A stretch of 64,000 bases of DNA, from positions 3,120-67,119 of the forward strand of contig JAZDIU010000085.1 in the NCBI GenBank assembly GCA_043804635.1, read 5' to 3'. This DNA comes from Chloroflexota bacterium. GTDB lineage: Bacteria > Chloroflexota > Dehalococcoidia > Dehalococcoidales > UBA2162. The position numbers and the translations under genes are program-made. Of this stretch, positions 37,297 through 44,907 are shown one piece after another. The notes beneath the pieces are model-generated. The model made no database searches. It worked only from the letters and a program-made list of their open reading frames with translations, and was not told the origin of the DNA. Within the stretch, counting starts at the first letter, position 1. Each line of letters starts with the position of its first letter.

Positions 37297-38520
37297 TTAT
37301 AGAATCGTTTTTTCATTTCTAAGACGGGCGATGTTATCCTGGCTATAGCCGAGGTCTAGCAGGATTTCCTCAGTGTGCTGACCGACCTCTGGGGCTGGAG
37401 TCTTAACTACAGCCGGATTCTGGCAGAACTTGACCGGTGTGGTAATTATTTTCATAGTGCCCGCTTTCGGATGAACTACTTCTGTGATGAACTCATTGAC
37501 TATAGCTTGCGGGTCGGTAATTACCTCGGCGGGAGTTTGAATTCGACCGTAAATGCACTTGTGTTCTTTAAAGCGCTTTTCCCATTCTGCTAAATTTTTC
37601 TGAGCGAAAACTTCGTCCAGGATACAAATCAACTCCCGGCAATTGTGCTCTCGTGCTTCCATGCTATTAAAACGGGGGTCGTTTTCCAGTTCTGGTTTCT
37701 CTATAGCCCGCAGGAGACTAGGCCAGAGAGCGCTCGATTGAATCATCACCAGTATAAACCACCGGTCATCTCGAGAACGATATATATTAAGTAGAGGATT
37801 CAATGCCTGGCTGCGGTCATCTTTAAGCAAGATTTTGCCCATAAGATTACCCTGAATATCGGCTGCCATAGCCCAGACACCGGAATGATACAGTGAATAC
37901 TCTATTTTCTGCCCTTTGCCTGTTCTTTGCCGGTATAGCAGGGCGGCTAATATACCGCTGGTAATATGACTGCCAACCATTCTATCCATCATCCCGGGAC
38001 GCGGTAAAGGTGGAATACTTCCCACCTCACCGGTCATATGTTGTGCTCCGGTGCGGGCCCAGGCTGCCGAATAATCGAAGCCCCGCTCTTCTTTATCCGG
38101 TCCAGCTGTTCCATAGCCGGTAACAACAGCATAGACAATATCCGGTTTGAGATGACTTACAGTACCATAATCCAGCTTGAATTTTTCAAGCACATTCATC
38201 TCGTAGTTAGACATAAAAACATCAGATTTTTGAATAAGCTTATAAAGTATATCTCTGCCCGATTCGTTTTTAAGGTCAAGCGCCAGGCCCTTCTTATTTC
38301 TGTTTAATAGAAGGACTTCCCAGTTCACGGCATAATTGTTAATTTTTACTGTTCTTTCAGCACCGCGGATTTTACTGACCTGCGTCCGTAGGAATTCCCC
38401 GGGAAGGGGTTCTACTTTGATAACTTCCGCCCCCCAGTCAGCCATCATCGCACCGGCAGAAGGGACAGCCACGACGTGTCCCATATCCACTATCTTTATT
38501 CCTTCAAGCACACCCGGCAT
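37297..38520 (-). CDS. Family III CoA transferase (CaiB/BaiF)
   Basis: LEGIKIVD, ADWGAEVIKVE, NRNKKGLALDLK, GYGTAGP...GFD, PAPEVGQHTEEIL. Confidence 0.94.
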   Translation of the reverse strand: MPGVLEGIKIVDMGHVVAVPSAGAMMADWGAEVIKVEPLPGEFLRTQVSKIRGAERTVKINNYAVNWEVLLLNRNKKGLALDLKNESGRDILYKLIQKSDVFMSNYEMNVLEKFKLDYGTVSHLKPDIVYAVVTGYGTAGPDKEERGFDYSAAWARTGAQHMTGEVGSIPPLPRPGMMDRMVGSHITSGILAALLYRQRTGKGQKIEYSLYHSGVWAMAADIQGNLMGKILLKDDRSQALNPLLNIYRSRDDRWFILVMIQSSALWPSLLRAIEKPELENDPRFNSMEAREHNCRELICILDEVFAQKNLAEWEKRFKEHKCIYGRIQTPAEVITDPQAIVNEFITEVVHPKAGTMKIITTPVKFCQNPAVVKTPAPEVGQHTEEILLDLGYSQDNIARLRNEKTIL

Positions 38521-38539
38521 TTCTTTACTACTCCTAATT

Positions 38540-39025
38540 TCAGCGGTTCTTCCCCCAAGTTCCCATAGCCTGCCTCATTATGGCGAATTCTCCCATATGA
38601 AATGCGTTATGGTTCGAAACTGTGACGATTTCCCTGAGAAAAATTTCGCCCTCTCCCCAAGGTATTTCGTGATACAAATCGGTCTTAGGGTTTTTCACCA
38701 TTTCTTCCAGTTCTTTGAAATCCTTCTCAAACCCGTTAACCGTCTTATTCCAATCGGCCGGTGTGGCTTTCTTACTTTTTCTGGGCCAGTAGTCATCCGG
38801 CCATTTCCGATATACATAATTTGGATTCTTGATGAAATCCAGGATGTCTTCCTGAGCGAGCCTGATATGCTCCAGTAAAGCCCAGGGAGAATAATCAGCG
38901 TTAGGCAATTTTTCATTGATTCTATCAATTGGGAAATCGCGTACTACGTCTTCAAAAGACATATGGGCGTGCTCTCCCGTCAGAAGAGCTAGCAAATTTT
39001 CCAGCAGAATTTTGGCCTGGCTCAT
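38540..39025 (-). CDS. DinB family protein
   Basis: HAH, SPWALLEHIR, HNAFHMGE. Confidence 0.88.
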   Translation of the reverse strand: MSQAKILLENLLALLTGEHAHMSFEDVVRDFPIDRINEKLPNADYSPWALLEHIRLAQEDILDFIKNPNYVYRKWPDDYWPRKSKKATPADWNKTVNGFEKDFKELEEMVKNPKTDLYHEIPWGEGEIFLREIVTVSNHNAFHMGEFAIMRQAMGTWGKNR

Positions 39026-39087
39026 ATCGTTCTCCTTCGTCAGATTGTGGCGTCATTCTAAAAGTAAATTCAGTAAGGTGTCAATTT

Positions 39088-39618
39088 TTACAAGTCGAGC
39101 CGGTAAGCCATCACAACTACACCATGCCTAGGGTGGAAATCAAACTCCGGCACGCGTTTAAATCCCATCCTCTCATACATCCCGCGGGCAATCTCCATTA
39201 GCTTGGTGGTATGCAGACCAATAGTCGAAATACCCTGCTGACGACAACGACGGACGCATTCTTCCATTAGGGCGCGACCGATGCCTTTAGTACGATATGC
39301 AGGGTGAACAGCCAACAGGCGAATCCCCGCCCAACCTTCAGTCCAAACTTGTTCCGAGTTTGATGAGTCTCCTAGGAATAGAGTTACCGTCCCAACTAGC
39401 CGTTTATCTATTTCGGCGACAATCAATTGAGATACGGGCAGTCGGCTGCTCACGTCCATAATATCTTCGAGATACGCTTTCCATATCGATTTTGGAATTG
39501 ACGTTTTGTATTGCTGGTAAGCTGCTTTGAGCAGTTGTGAGACTTCATCCAGCTCTTCTACGAGAGCATCCCGAATGTGTAATTCGTTTTCCGGCAAATG
39601 ACTACCCCCAGATAGCAT
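39088..39618 (-). CDS. GNAT family N-acetyltransferase
   Basis: IRLLAVHPAYRTKGIGRALM, MYERMGF. Start uncertain. Confidence 0.88.
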   Translation of the reverse strand: MLSGGSHLPENELHIRDALVEELDEVSQLLKAAYQQYKTSIPKSIWKAYLEDIMDVSSRLPVSQLIVAEIDKRLVGTVTLFLGDSSNSEQVWTEGWAGIRLLAVHPAYRTKGIGRALMEECVRRCRQQGISTIGLHTTKLMEIARGMYERMGFKRVPEFDFHPRHGVVVMAYRLDL

Positions 39619-40810
39619 CCAGGATTTTGATTCTTGATGCTATCCATACCGGGACCAGAGCAGCTACAACAGCGGCACACAATAAAATAACCGTAGCACG
39701 AGCCATCGAGGAGAATCCTGTGCTGAGATAAACATTACCGAACGGGAAATGGAATGGATATTTAGCTTCTAGCGGTATCACGATGTAGGTGAATAGTAAG
39801 CTAGCCACAATAGAGGCGGCGATGGCATAAACCACGGCCCTCATTAGATAAGCTAAAGTAATCGAGCTTTGAGTTATGCCGATGGCTCGCTGTATGCCAA
39901 TCTGCCGTCTCCGGGTAGTTACGTCGATATACGTAATAATAAAAACCGTGATGCCGGCAACTAGCAGGTTGACAGAATTCAGTATGGCATCGATCACGTT
40001 AAAGCTATCGGTCATACTGCGCACTATTCCGGCGTAATCTTCCCAGGTTAAGATTCTCAGGTTGTTGTCTATCTTCTCCATCTGTTCGATTATGGAAGCG
40101 GCGTTGGCTCTGTTGTCTATCTTTACACGTATTGAGGAAGCCTTGTTAGCTGCTGGCGGGTAAATTGTTTCAAATTCGGTTTCTGATACGAGAGCCTGGA
40201 GGTCAGTCTGAATGAATTCCGTATAGAAAATGCCCTTAACTTTATAAGTCTTCTTTACCCCGTTTGCGTAAGTAACTTGTATTTTATCGCCGGCGTGCAC
40301 CTTTTTTAAAGACCTGGAATAAAGCTCGATGCTGGATTTATCAGCTCCGGCTAGCTGTATACCCAAGAGTATTTCGTCGCGGTCATTTGAATCCAGATAT
40401 GTGCCTTCAAGCATCCACTGGTTAATAGTAAGGACAGATTTTTCCTGCTCCGGCAAAATCCCATATACGGTACAGATGGTCCGCTCGTTATCAAAACTAA
40501 TTTCTGCAGCTAAGTTGTTTCTAGTCGTAACTGCAACAACACCGCTGATAGCTTTAATTTTTGTGATTAAACTATCTACATTGAAGATTAGCGGTGCATC
40601 GCGCGCCGATTCTGCAACGATATCTCCGGAATAGGTGTTTTTCAGTTTTTCGTTAGCGTTAGAAACAAGCCCTTGCAAGAGGCTGGGGACGAAAAGAAGA
40701 TTGAGGACGACTATAGCGAGTATCAAAACAGTGAGAAGAGTAATGCCAAAGTTGCCTCTCTTCAGCGAGGTAAACACCAGAAAGATGGCAACTCTCAATG
40801 ATTTAGACAT
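39602..40810 (-). CDS. ABC transporter permease (FtsX/MacB-like)
   Basis: N-terminal TM, large extracytoplasmic domain, RRRQIGIQRAIG, three C-terminal TMs. Confidence 0.88.
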   Translation of the reverse strand: MSKSLRVAIFLVFTSLKRGNFGITLLTVLILAIVVLNLLFVPSLLQGLVSNANEKLKNTYSGDIVAESARDAPLIFNVDSLITKIKAISGVVAVTTRNNLAAEISFDNERTICTVYGILPEQEKSVLTINQWMLEGTYLDSNDRDEILLGIQLAGADKSSIELYSRSLKKVHAGDKIQVTYANGVKKTYKVKGIFYTEFIQTDLQALVSETEFETIYPPAANKASSIRVKIDNRANAASIIEQMEKIDNNLRILTWEDYAGIVRSMTDSFNVIDAILNSVNLLVAGITVFIITYIDVTTRRRQIGIQRAIGITQSSITLAYLMRAVVYAIAASIVASLLFTYIVIPLEAKYPFHFPFGNVYLSTGFSSMARATVILLCAAVVAALVPVWIASRIKILDAIWG

Positions 40811-40817
40811 TCGATAT

Positions 40818-41519
40818 CTATTTTCTTTCGACTATTCTGCCATCGCTCAGAACAATCAGGCTTTTGGCATATTTTTTATCGTCAGGGTCGTGAGAGACGA
40901 AAATAATGGTTACATTCAATTCGCTATTTAGTCTAACCAACGTTTCCATTACCAGTTTGCTCGATATGGTGTCTAGATTGGCACATGGTTCGTCGGCGAG
41001 TAGCGCCCTAGGGTGATTTATCAGAGCGCGAGCTATGGCTACCCTTTGCTGCTCCCCTCCTGAAAGCTCTTTGGGATAGTGAGACATTCTTTCGCCCAAA
41101 CCGACCAGCCGCAATAACTCTTTTGCCCTCTCTTTATAGTCTTCGCCCTTTTTAGAAAGCATCATACCGGGAAGATATACATTCTGAAGAGCGGTCAGTT
41201 CTCCCAGAAGGGCATACTCTTGAAAAACGTAACCCATATATCTAAGGCGCATTCTCGTCCGCTCGGTTTCCGGCAATCTGGTTACCTCCCTATTCTCGAA
41301 GAAGACGTCCCCGTACGTCGGACGGTCGAGCAGGCTCATCTGGCGTAACAAAGTGGACTTACCCGACCCGCTTCTACCTGTAATGGCTAGTATGTCTCCT
41401 TCCGGTACAACAAAGCCGACATCCTCAAGAGCTTTTAGTTTAACTTTTCCAGTGTCATATATCTTGGTAAGTTTTTGGACTTTATAAATGGAAGAGACTG
41501 TCATAGACGTCACCGCCAA
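40818..41519 (-). CDS. ABC transporter ATP-binding protein (LolD/MacB-like)
   Basis: GRSGSGKST, LSGGEQQRVAIARAL, ADEP, SHD. Confidence 0.94.
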   Translation of the reverse strand: MAVTSMTVSSIYKVQKLTKIYDTGKVKLKALEDVGFVVPEGDILAITGRSGSGKSTLLRQMSLLDRPTYGDVFFENREVTRLPETERTRMRLRYMGYVFQEYALLGELTALQNVYLPGMMLSKKGEDYKERAKELLRLVGLGERMSHYPKELSGGEQQRVAIARALINHPRALLADEPCANLDTISSKLVMETLVRLNSELNVTIIFVSHDPDDKKYAKSLIVLSDGRIVERK

Positions 41520-41570
41520 TACTAGAGATTATGTTTTTTTAATTCTAACACAGTGCTGAAAACAGACACA

Positions 41571-41609
41571 AAAACTAAGGAGGAGGCTTCACCCTCCTCC
41601 TTAGTTTTT
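41571..41609. terminator. Bidirectional intrinsic terminator
   Basis: AAAACTAAGGAGGAGG-CTTCAC-CCTCCTCCTTAGTTTT, a perfect inverted repeat. Confidence 0.75.
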
Positions 41610-41630
41610 CTACCAATCGGACTACGAATA

Positions 41631-42356
41631 GTGACCTGTGTAGTCTTGAGCGTAGCGGCGTTTGCGGTACCACCAAGCTATATTGACTGTGACTTAAGAA
41701 GTGGTATCATTACTGGGGGCAGGTCAGCCGGCCTTAGCGATTGTTTTTCCTGTCACGGTCAGTCAGCAGTCAAACCTTACCCGGCTGACCACGTCGGCAG
41801 AACCAATGAGCTTTGTACAGTCTGTCATAAACCGTCACAAGTTTCTGTCCCATCGCCAACTCCGCCACCGAAGGGACCGCAGATACCGCACAGTATAATC
41901 GGGCTTACCGATTGCTATTCCTGCCATGGCCCCGGCTCGGTGCGTCCCTATCCGGCAAATCATGTCGGCAGAACAAATGCTCTATGTATCGTATGCCACG
42001 ACCCACCTCAGTTGACTACACGCCCACCGGCGTCTCCTCCTCCTCCAGCAATACCCATACCGCATAGCATTACCGGCCTCGAAGATTGCTTCCTGTGCCA
42101 TGGTCCGGGGTCGGTGCGTCCATACCCGGCTAATCATGTGGGTAGAACCAATGCTCTGTGCATTATCTGCCATAAGCCGTCTCCGGTAGTTAGGCCGCCA
42201 TCGTCACCACCTCCAGCCACTCCTATCCCACACACGATAGTCGGACGCAGCGATTGCCTATCGTGCCATAATTTGGGAGGGATAAAGCCCTTCCCTGCCA
42301 ACCACGCTGGCAGGACTAATGCTCAGTGCACAATCTGTCATAAGCCTCCCCCTTAG
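41631..42356 (+). CDS. Octaheme c-type cytochrome made of four tandem diheme modules; 5' end uncertain, possibly truncated
   Basis: Eight CxxCH motifs in four PH.I.G..DCxxCH....P(Y/F)PA.H.GRTN..CxxCH modules with Pro-rich linkers. No clear RBS or start; 41631 is an in-frame GTG. Confidence 0.75.
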   Translation: MTCVVLSVAAFAVPPSYIDCDLRSGIITGGRSAGLSDCFSCHGQSAVKPYPADHVGRTNELCTVCHKPSQVSVPSPTPPPKGPQIPHSIIGLTDCYSCHGPGSVRPYPANHVGRTNALCIVCHDPPQLTTRPPASPPPPAIPIPHSITGLEDCFLCHGPGSVRPYPANHVGRTNALCIICHKPSPVVRPPSSPPPATPIPHTIVGRSDCLSCHNLGGIKPFPANHAGRTNAQCTICHKPPP

Positions 42357-42365
42357 CGTGCTAAT

Positions 42366-42701
42366 TCACAGGCAGACCGCATCCGACTCGAGCATCGATT
42401 GAATCGACTTTGTCATTGTGGTTGGCTTGCCTGCCTTCAGTTTATCGGTGAGTTCGAAATATTCGAGGCAGGTTGTGCAGGCTAAAATCTCTACGCCTTG
42501 TTCCACGAGTTTTTGAACGTGGTTCAGGACGGGAGAACCTTCGCAGACCAGGCGAACCCCGGCGTTTAAGAACACAAGGGTTTTGGGCTTCTCACGGCTT
42601 TCACCGAGCAAGCGTAAAAAATTAGCCATAAGTAACCTGCCCAACTGGTCGTCGCCCCTGCCCATTCCTTCGGACTGTATGAAAAATACTCTAGAAACCA
42701 T
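42366..42701 (-). CDS. yedF: YedF-like selenium-metabolism protein (DsrE-like domain only)
   Basis: GMGRGDDQLGRLLMANFL, FLNAGV, GVEILACTTCLEYFEL. Start at the ATG at 42701 after GGAGG. Confidence 0.8.
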   Translation of the reverse strand: MVSRVFFIQSEGMGRGDDQLGRLLMANFLRLLGESREKPKTLVFLNAGVRLVCEGSPVLNHVQKLVEQGVEILACTTCLEYFELTDKLKAGKPTTMTKSIQSMLESDAVCL

Positions 42702-42731
42702 TAATAACCTCCGTGTGGTTTTTATTCGCAT

Positions 42732-44006
42732 CTAGCCTTTAATCATTTCTAGGAAAGCTCCGATTCTGGTCTTAAGCTGCCCCATATCTTCGTCACTGTA
42801 GTCGGTCTCGACTCGTAGAAGCGGAATACCAGCTTCCTTCAATCGCTTCTCGACTTTAACTGCTTCACTAGCATAGGTATGGCAGAAAAGTAGGTTGTAG
42901 TGGATAATACCGTCAGCTTGGTATTCTTTAGCTAAATTTACGATGTCGTCTAGCCGTTCGTCGTTTGGCGTAAAGCAAGCACAATGTATGTTCATATACC
43001 GCTCAGCGAGATTCTTAATCTGTTCTTCTAAAGACTTTCCATGTTTCACGAGTTCAGCAAAATGGCGGGTGCCGGTGCAGGATTCTTCGCAAACAACGAC
43101 GGCTCCGCTGGTTTCCAAAATGTGGTGTAGCTTCCAGTTAGGAATTGCCATCGGGCTGCCCGAAACGAGGATACGCGGTGCGTTTACTGGAGCAACGCCT
43201 TCGCCTTTCGCTACGCGCTCGGTCAATTCGTCGCAGAGAGCGTTTACCTGTTCTGTGCAGCGTTTGACATCGTCATAAAATGAAACCTGGGTGACCAGAA
43301 GGGCATCCTTACCGCTGATGGGGACGGGCTTGAATTTACGCAGATTATAGAGCCGTTGCAGAGCTCGGCGGCGTTCATTGACGAGTTCGATAGCTTGATT
43401 TAATTTGCCGGTGGTTATCTTGTTTCCGGTCAGCTTTACGATTACGTCTTTAAAAGCCCAGACTTCCTTTAGCCATAGCTCCCGGCTTTGGGGAGTCTTT
43501 TTGTTGGGCACTTCCATCACATATACGGGCTGGTGCTGGGCTAGAAGCTCGAACATTTTCTTTTTGCCGTCGCAGGTCGTCTCTCCGACAATTAGATGAC
43601 TGGACTGAACATAAGGGCAAATTCTCCCCAGCTTAAAGCCGAAAGACGACTTGATAAGAGCGCAGGTATTACGGGGCAGGACTTCTTCAGCTATTGGAAT
43701 AGAGAATTGTGCTCCGGCACAAAGACCGACTGGAATCGCCCCAGCCGCCCAGACCAACTCTTCCGGGACAAACACGCAATAGGTAGCAACCACTTTGCCG
43801 CCGTTTTTAGCATGCTCCCTGAGTTCCCTGACTCTGATTCCGTGGATATCGCCGACTACAAAATCGAAGAAACCCATACCCTTGGGACGGTCTTTCTGTG
43901 AAAGGTAGACCTGCTGGTAAATGGGCCCCAGCCCGCTCAAGAGCGTATCGTGGGATTTTAAATCTATGCCTAATTCTTTCCACATCTGGATATTTTCAGA
44001 AGTCAT
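42732..44006 (-). CDS. Double-cubane cluster-containing anaerobic reductase (DCCP; 2-hydroxyacyl-CoA dehydratase family)
   Basis: MWKELGIDL..HD, YCVFVPEE, GLCAG, LPRNTCALIKS, GETTCDGKKK, EESCTG, CACFTPN, FCHTY, ETDYS. Start at the ATG at 44006 after GAGGAG. Confidence 0.88.
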   Translation of the reverse strand: MTSENIQMWKELGIDLKSHDTLLSGLGPIYQQVYLSQKDRPKGMGFFDFVVGDIHGIRVRELREHAKNGGKVVATYCVFVPEELVWAAGAIPVGLCAGAQFSIPIAEEVLPRNTCALIKSSFGFKLGRICPYVQSSHLIVGETTCDGKKKMFELLAQHQPVYVMEVPNKKTPQSRELWLKEVWAFKDVIVKLTGNKITTGKLNQAIELVNERRRALQRLYNLRKFKPVPISGKDALLVTQVSFYDDVKRCTEQVNALCDELTERVAKGEGVAPVNAPRILVSGSPMAIPNWKLHHILETSGAVVVCEESCTGTRHFAELVKHGKSLEEQIKNLAERYMNIHCACFTPNDERLDDIVNLAKEYQADGIIHYNLLFCHTYASEAVKVEKRLKEAGIPLLRVETDYSDEDMGQLKTRIGAFLEMIKG

Positions 44007-44032
44007 TTTTCTCCTCATTCTTTTTATGAAAT

Positions 44033-44070
44033 AAAAAAAGCGATGGTCGAAGAAGCTCCGTACCATCGCT
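44033..44070 (-). terminator. Intrinsic terminator (attenuator) in the DCCP-yedF leader
   Basis: AGCGATGGT-A-CGGAG-CTT-CTTCG-ACCATCGCT-TTTTTT, ending about 27 nt before the DCCP start codon. Confidence 0.85.
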
Positions 44071-44096
44071 CACTGGGATGCGTTTTCAGGCGAGTG

Positions 44097-44216
44097 TTAA
44101 GTGCGCATACGTCTACTTACCTCATCGAGACGGAGGTTCTTTAAGCCGGTGACCAGTGCAAAACTTGCACCGAGTCGGTTATTTCAGACTCAGCGGAATA
44201 ACGTGTGGTCGGTCAC
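44097..44216 (-). CDS. Putative selenocysteine-containing leader peptide MTDHTLFRUVUNNRLGASFALVTGLKNLRLDEVSRRMRT
   Basis: RBS AGGAGGTG 6 nt before GTG. In-frame TGA at 44192-44190 and 44186-44184. SECIS-like hairpin downstream. Frame then stays open to TAA at 44099-44097. Confidence 0.72.
44151..44176 (-). promoter_or_regulatory. Bacterial SECIS-like hairpin
   Basis: GAC(U)CGGUGCAA-GUU-UUGCACUGGUC. The apical G lies 19 nt after the second UGA and 25 nt after the first. Confidence 0.65.
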
Positions 44217-44259
44217 TGCTCTCACCTCCTTCCTTGATTTGGTTACCTTTACTAAACTA

Positions 44260-44289
44260 AGTATAACACGGGAGTCAGAATCTAAACAA
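44260..44289 (-). promoter_or_regulatory. Putative promoter for the leader-DCCP-yedF transcript
   Basis: TTGTTT-18-TATACT with an extended -10 (TGtTATACT). Confidence 0.5.
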
Positions 44290-44303
44290 AGGATTCGCTT
44301 GGG

Positions 44304-44750
44304 TTACGCTTGCCCGCCCGAAATGTAATCGCTTAGCAGGCGTACCTGCAATCGGCACTCTTCGACTTGCACGCCAAGTAAGTCTCGCATCGAAATCATA
44401 CCGACGACTTTTTGCTTATCCACAATAGGGATGTGCCTGATTCTCTTTTGTTTCATTGCGTTGATGGCGTAGTCCAAATCATCATCGGGAATACCGATAA
44501 TCACATCTTTCGTCATAATGTCCCTTATTTTGGTTTTAGCTGGAGTCTGGTCTCGAGCCAGGCACTTTCTCATTATGTCTCTTTCGGTAATAATCCCGAC
44601 GAGTTTGCCAGCATCATCACAAACTGGAAGTGCGCCTCTATCGTGTTCTGACAGTTTCTGGATAGCTGCGGAGACAGTTTCATTCGGTCCGATTAGGATT
44701 GGTGTCCTGTACTTCAAGTCTTTCGTACTCAAAAGGTCGCTTAACTTCAT
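44304..44750 (-). CDS. CBS domain pair protein
   Basis: GALPV...LVGIITERDI, IRHIPIV...GMISMRDL. Start at the ATG at 44750 after GGAGG. Confidence 0.92.
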   Translation of the reverse strand: MKLSDLLSTKDLKYRTPILIGPNETVSAAIQKLSEHDRGALPVCDDAGKLVGIITERDIMRKCLARDQTPAKTKIRDIMTKDVIIGIPDDDLDYAINAMKQKRIRHIPIVDKQKVVGMISMRDLLGVQVEECRLQVRLLSDYISGGQA

Positions 44751-44907
44751 ATGCCCTCCTTTCCAGTACAGAAGAGATTTTTGCGGATTTGCTGGTATGC
44801 AGTATTGTAAGGACAACGCTTTTAGATGTCAACTAACCCATGTGGCATTTTCTGTGCCTCTTTCGCAGCCGACTACTTTAGTTCCAGTTTTAGTCCTATG
44901 CTTGCTA

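Noticed and set aside
41660-41680. T-box-like GGTGGTACCGC on the minus strand upstream of a terminator and ABC transporter
   Set aside because: No recognisable Stem I or specifier loop upstream (that region is antisense cytochrome coding sequence), no antiterminator complement, and the downstream genes are not amino-acid related.
44101-44328. 75-aa plus-strand ORF from the track overlapping the leader
   Set aside because: No RBS, and it is antisense to a minus-strand operon. The minus-strand leader has an RBS, SECIS-like hairpin and terminator.
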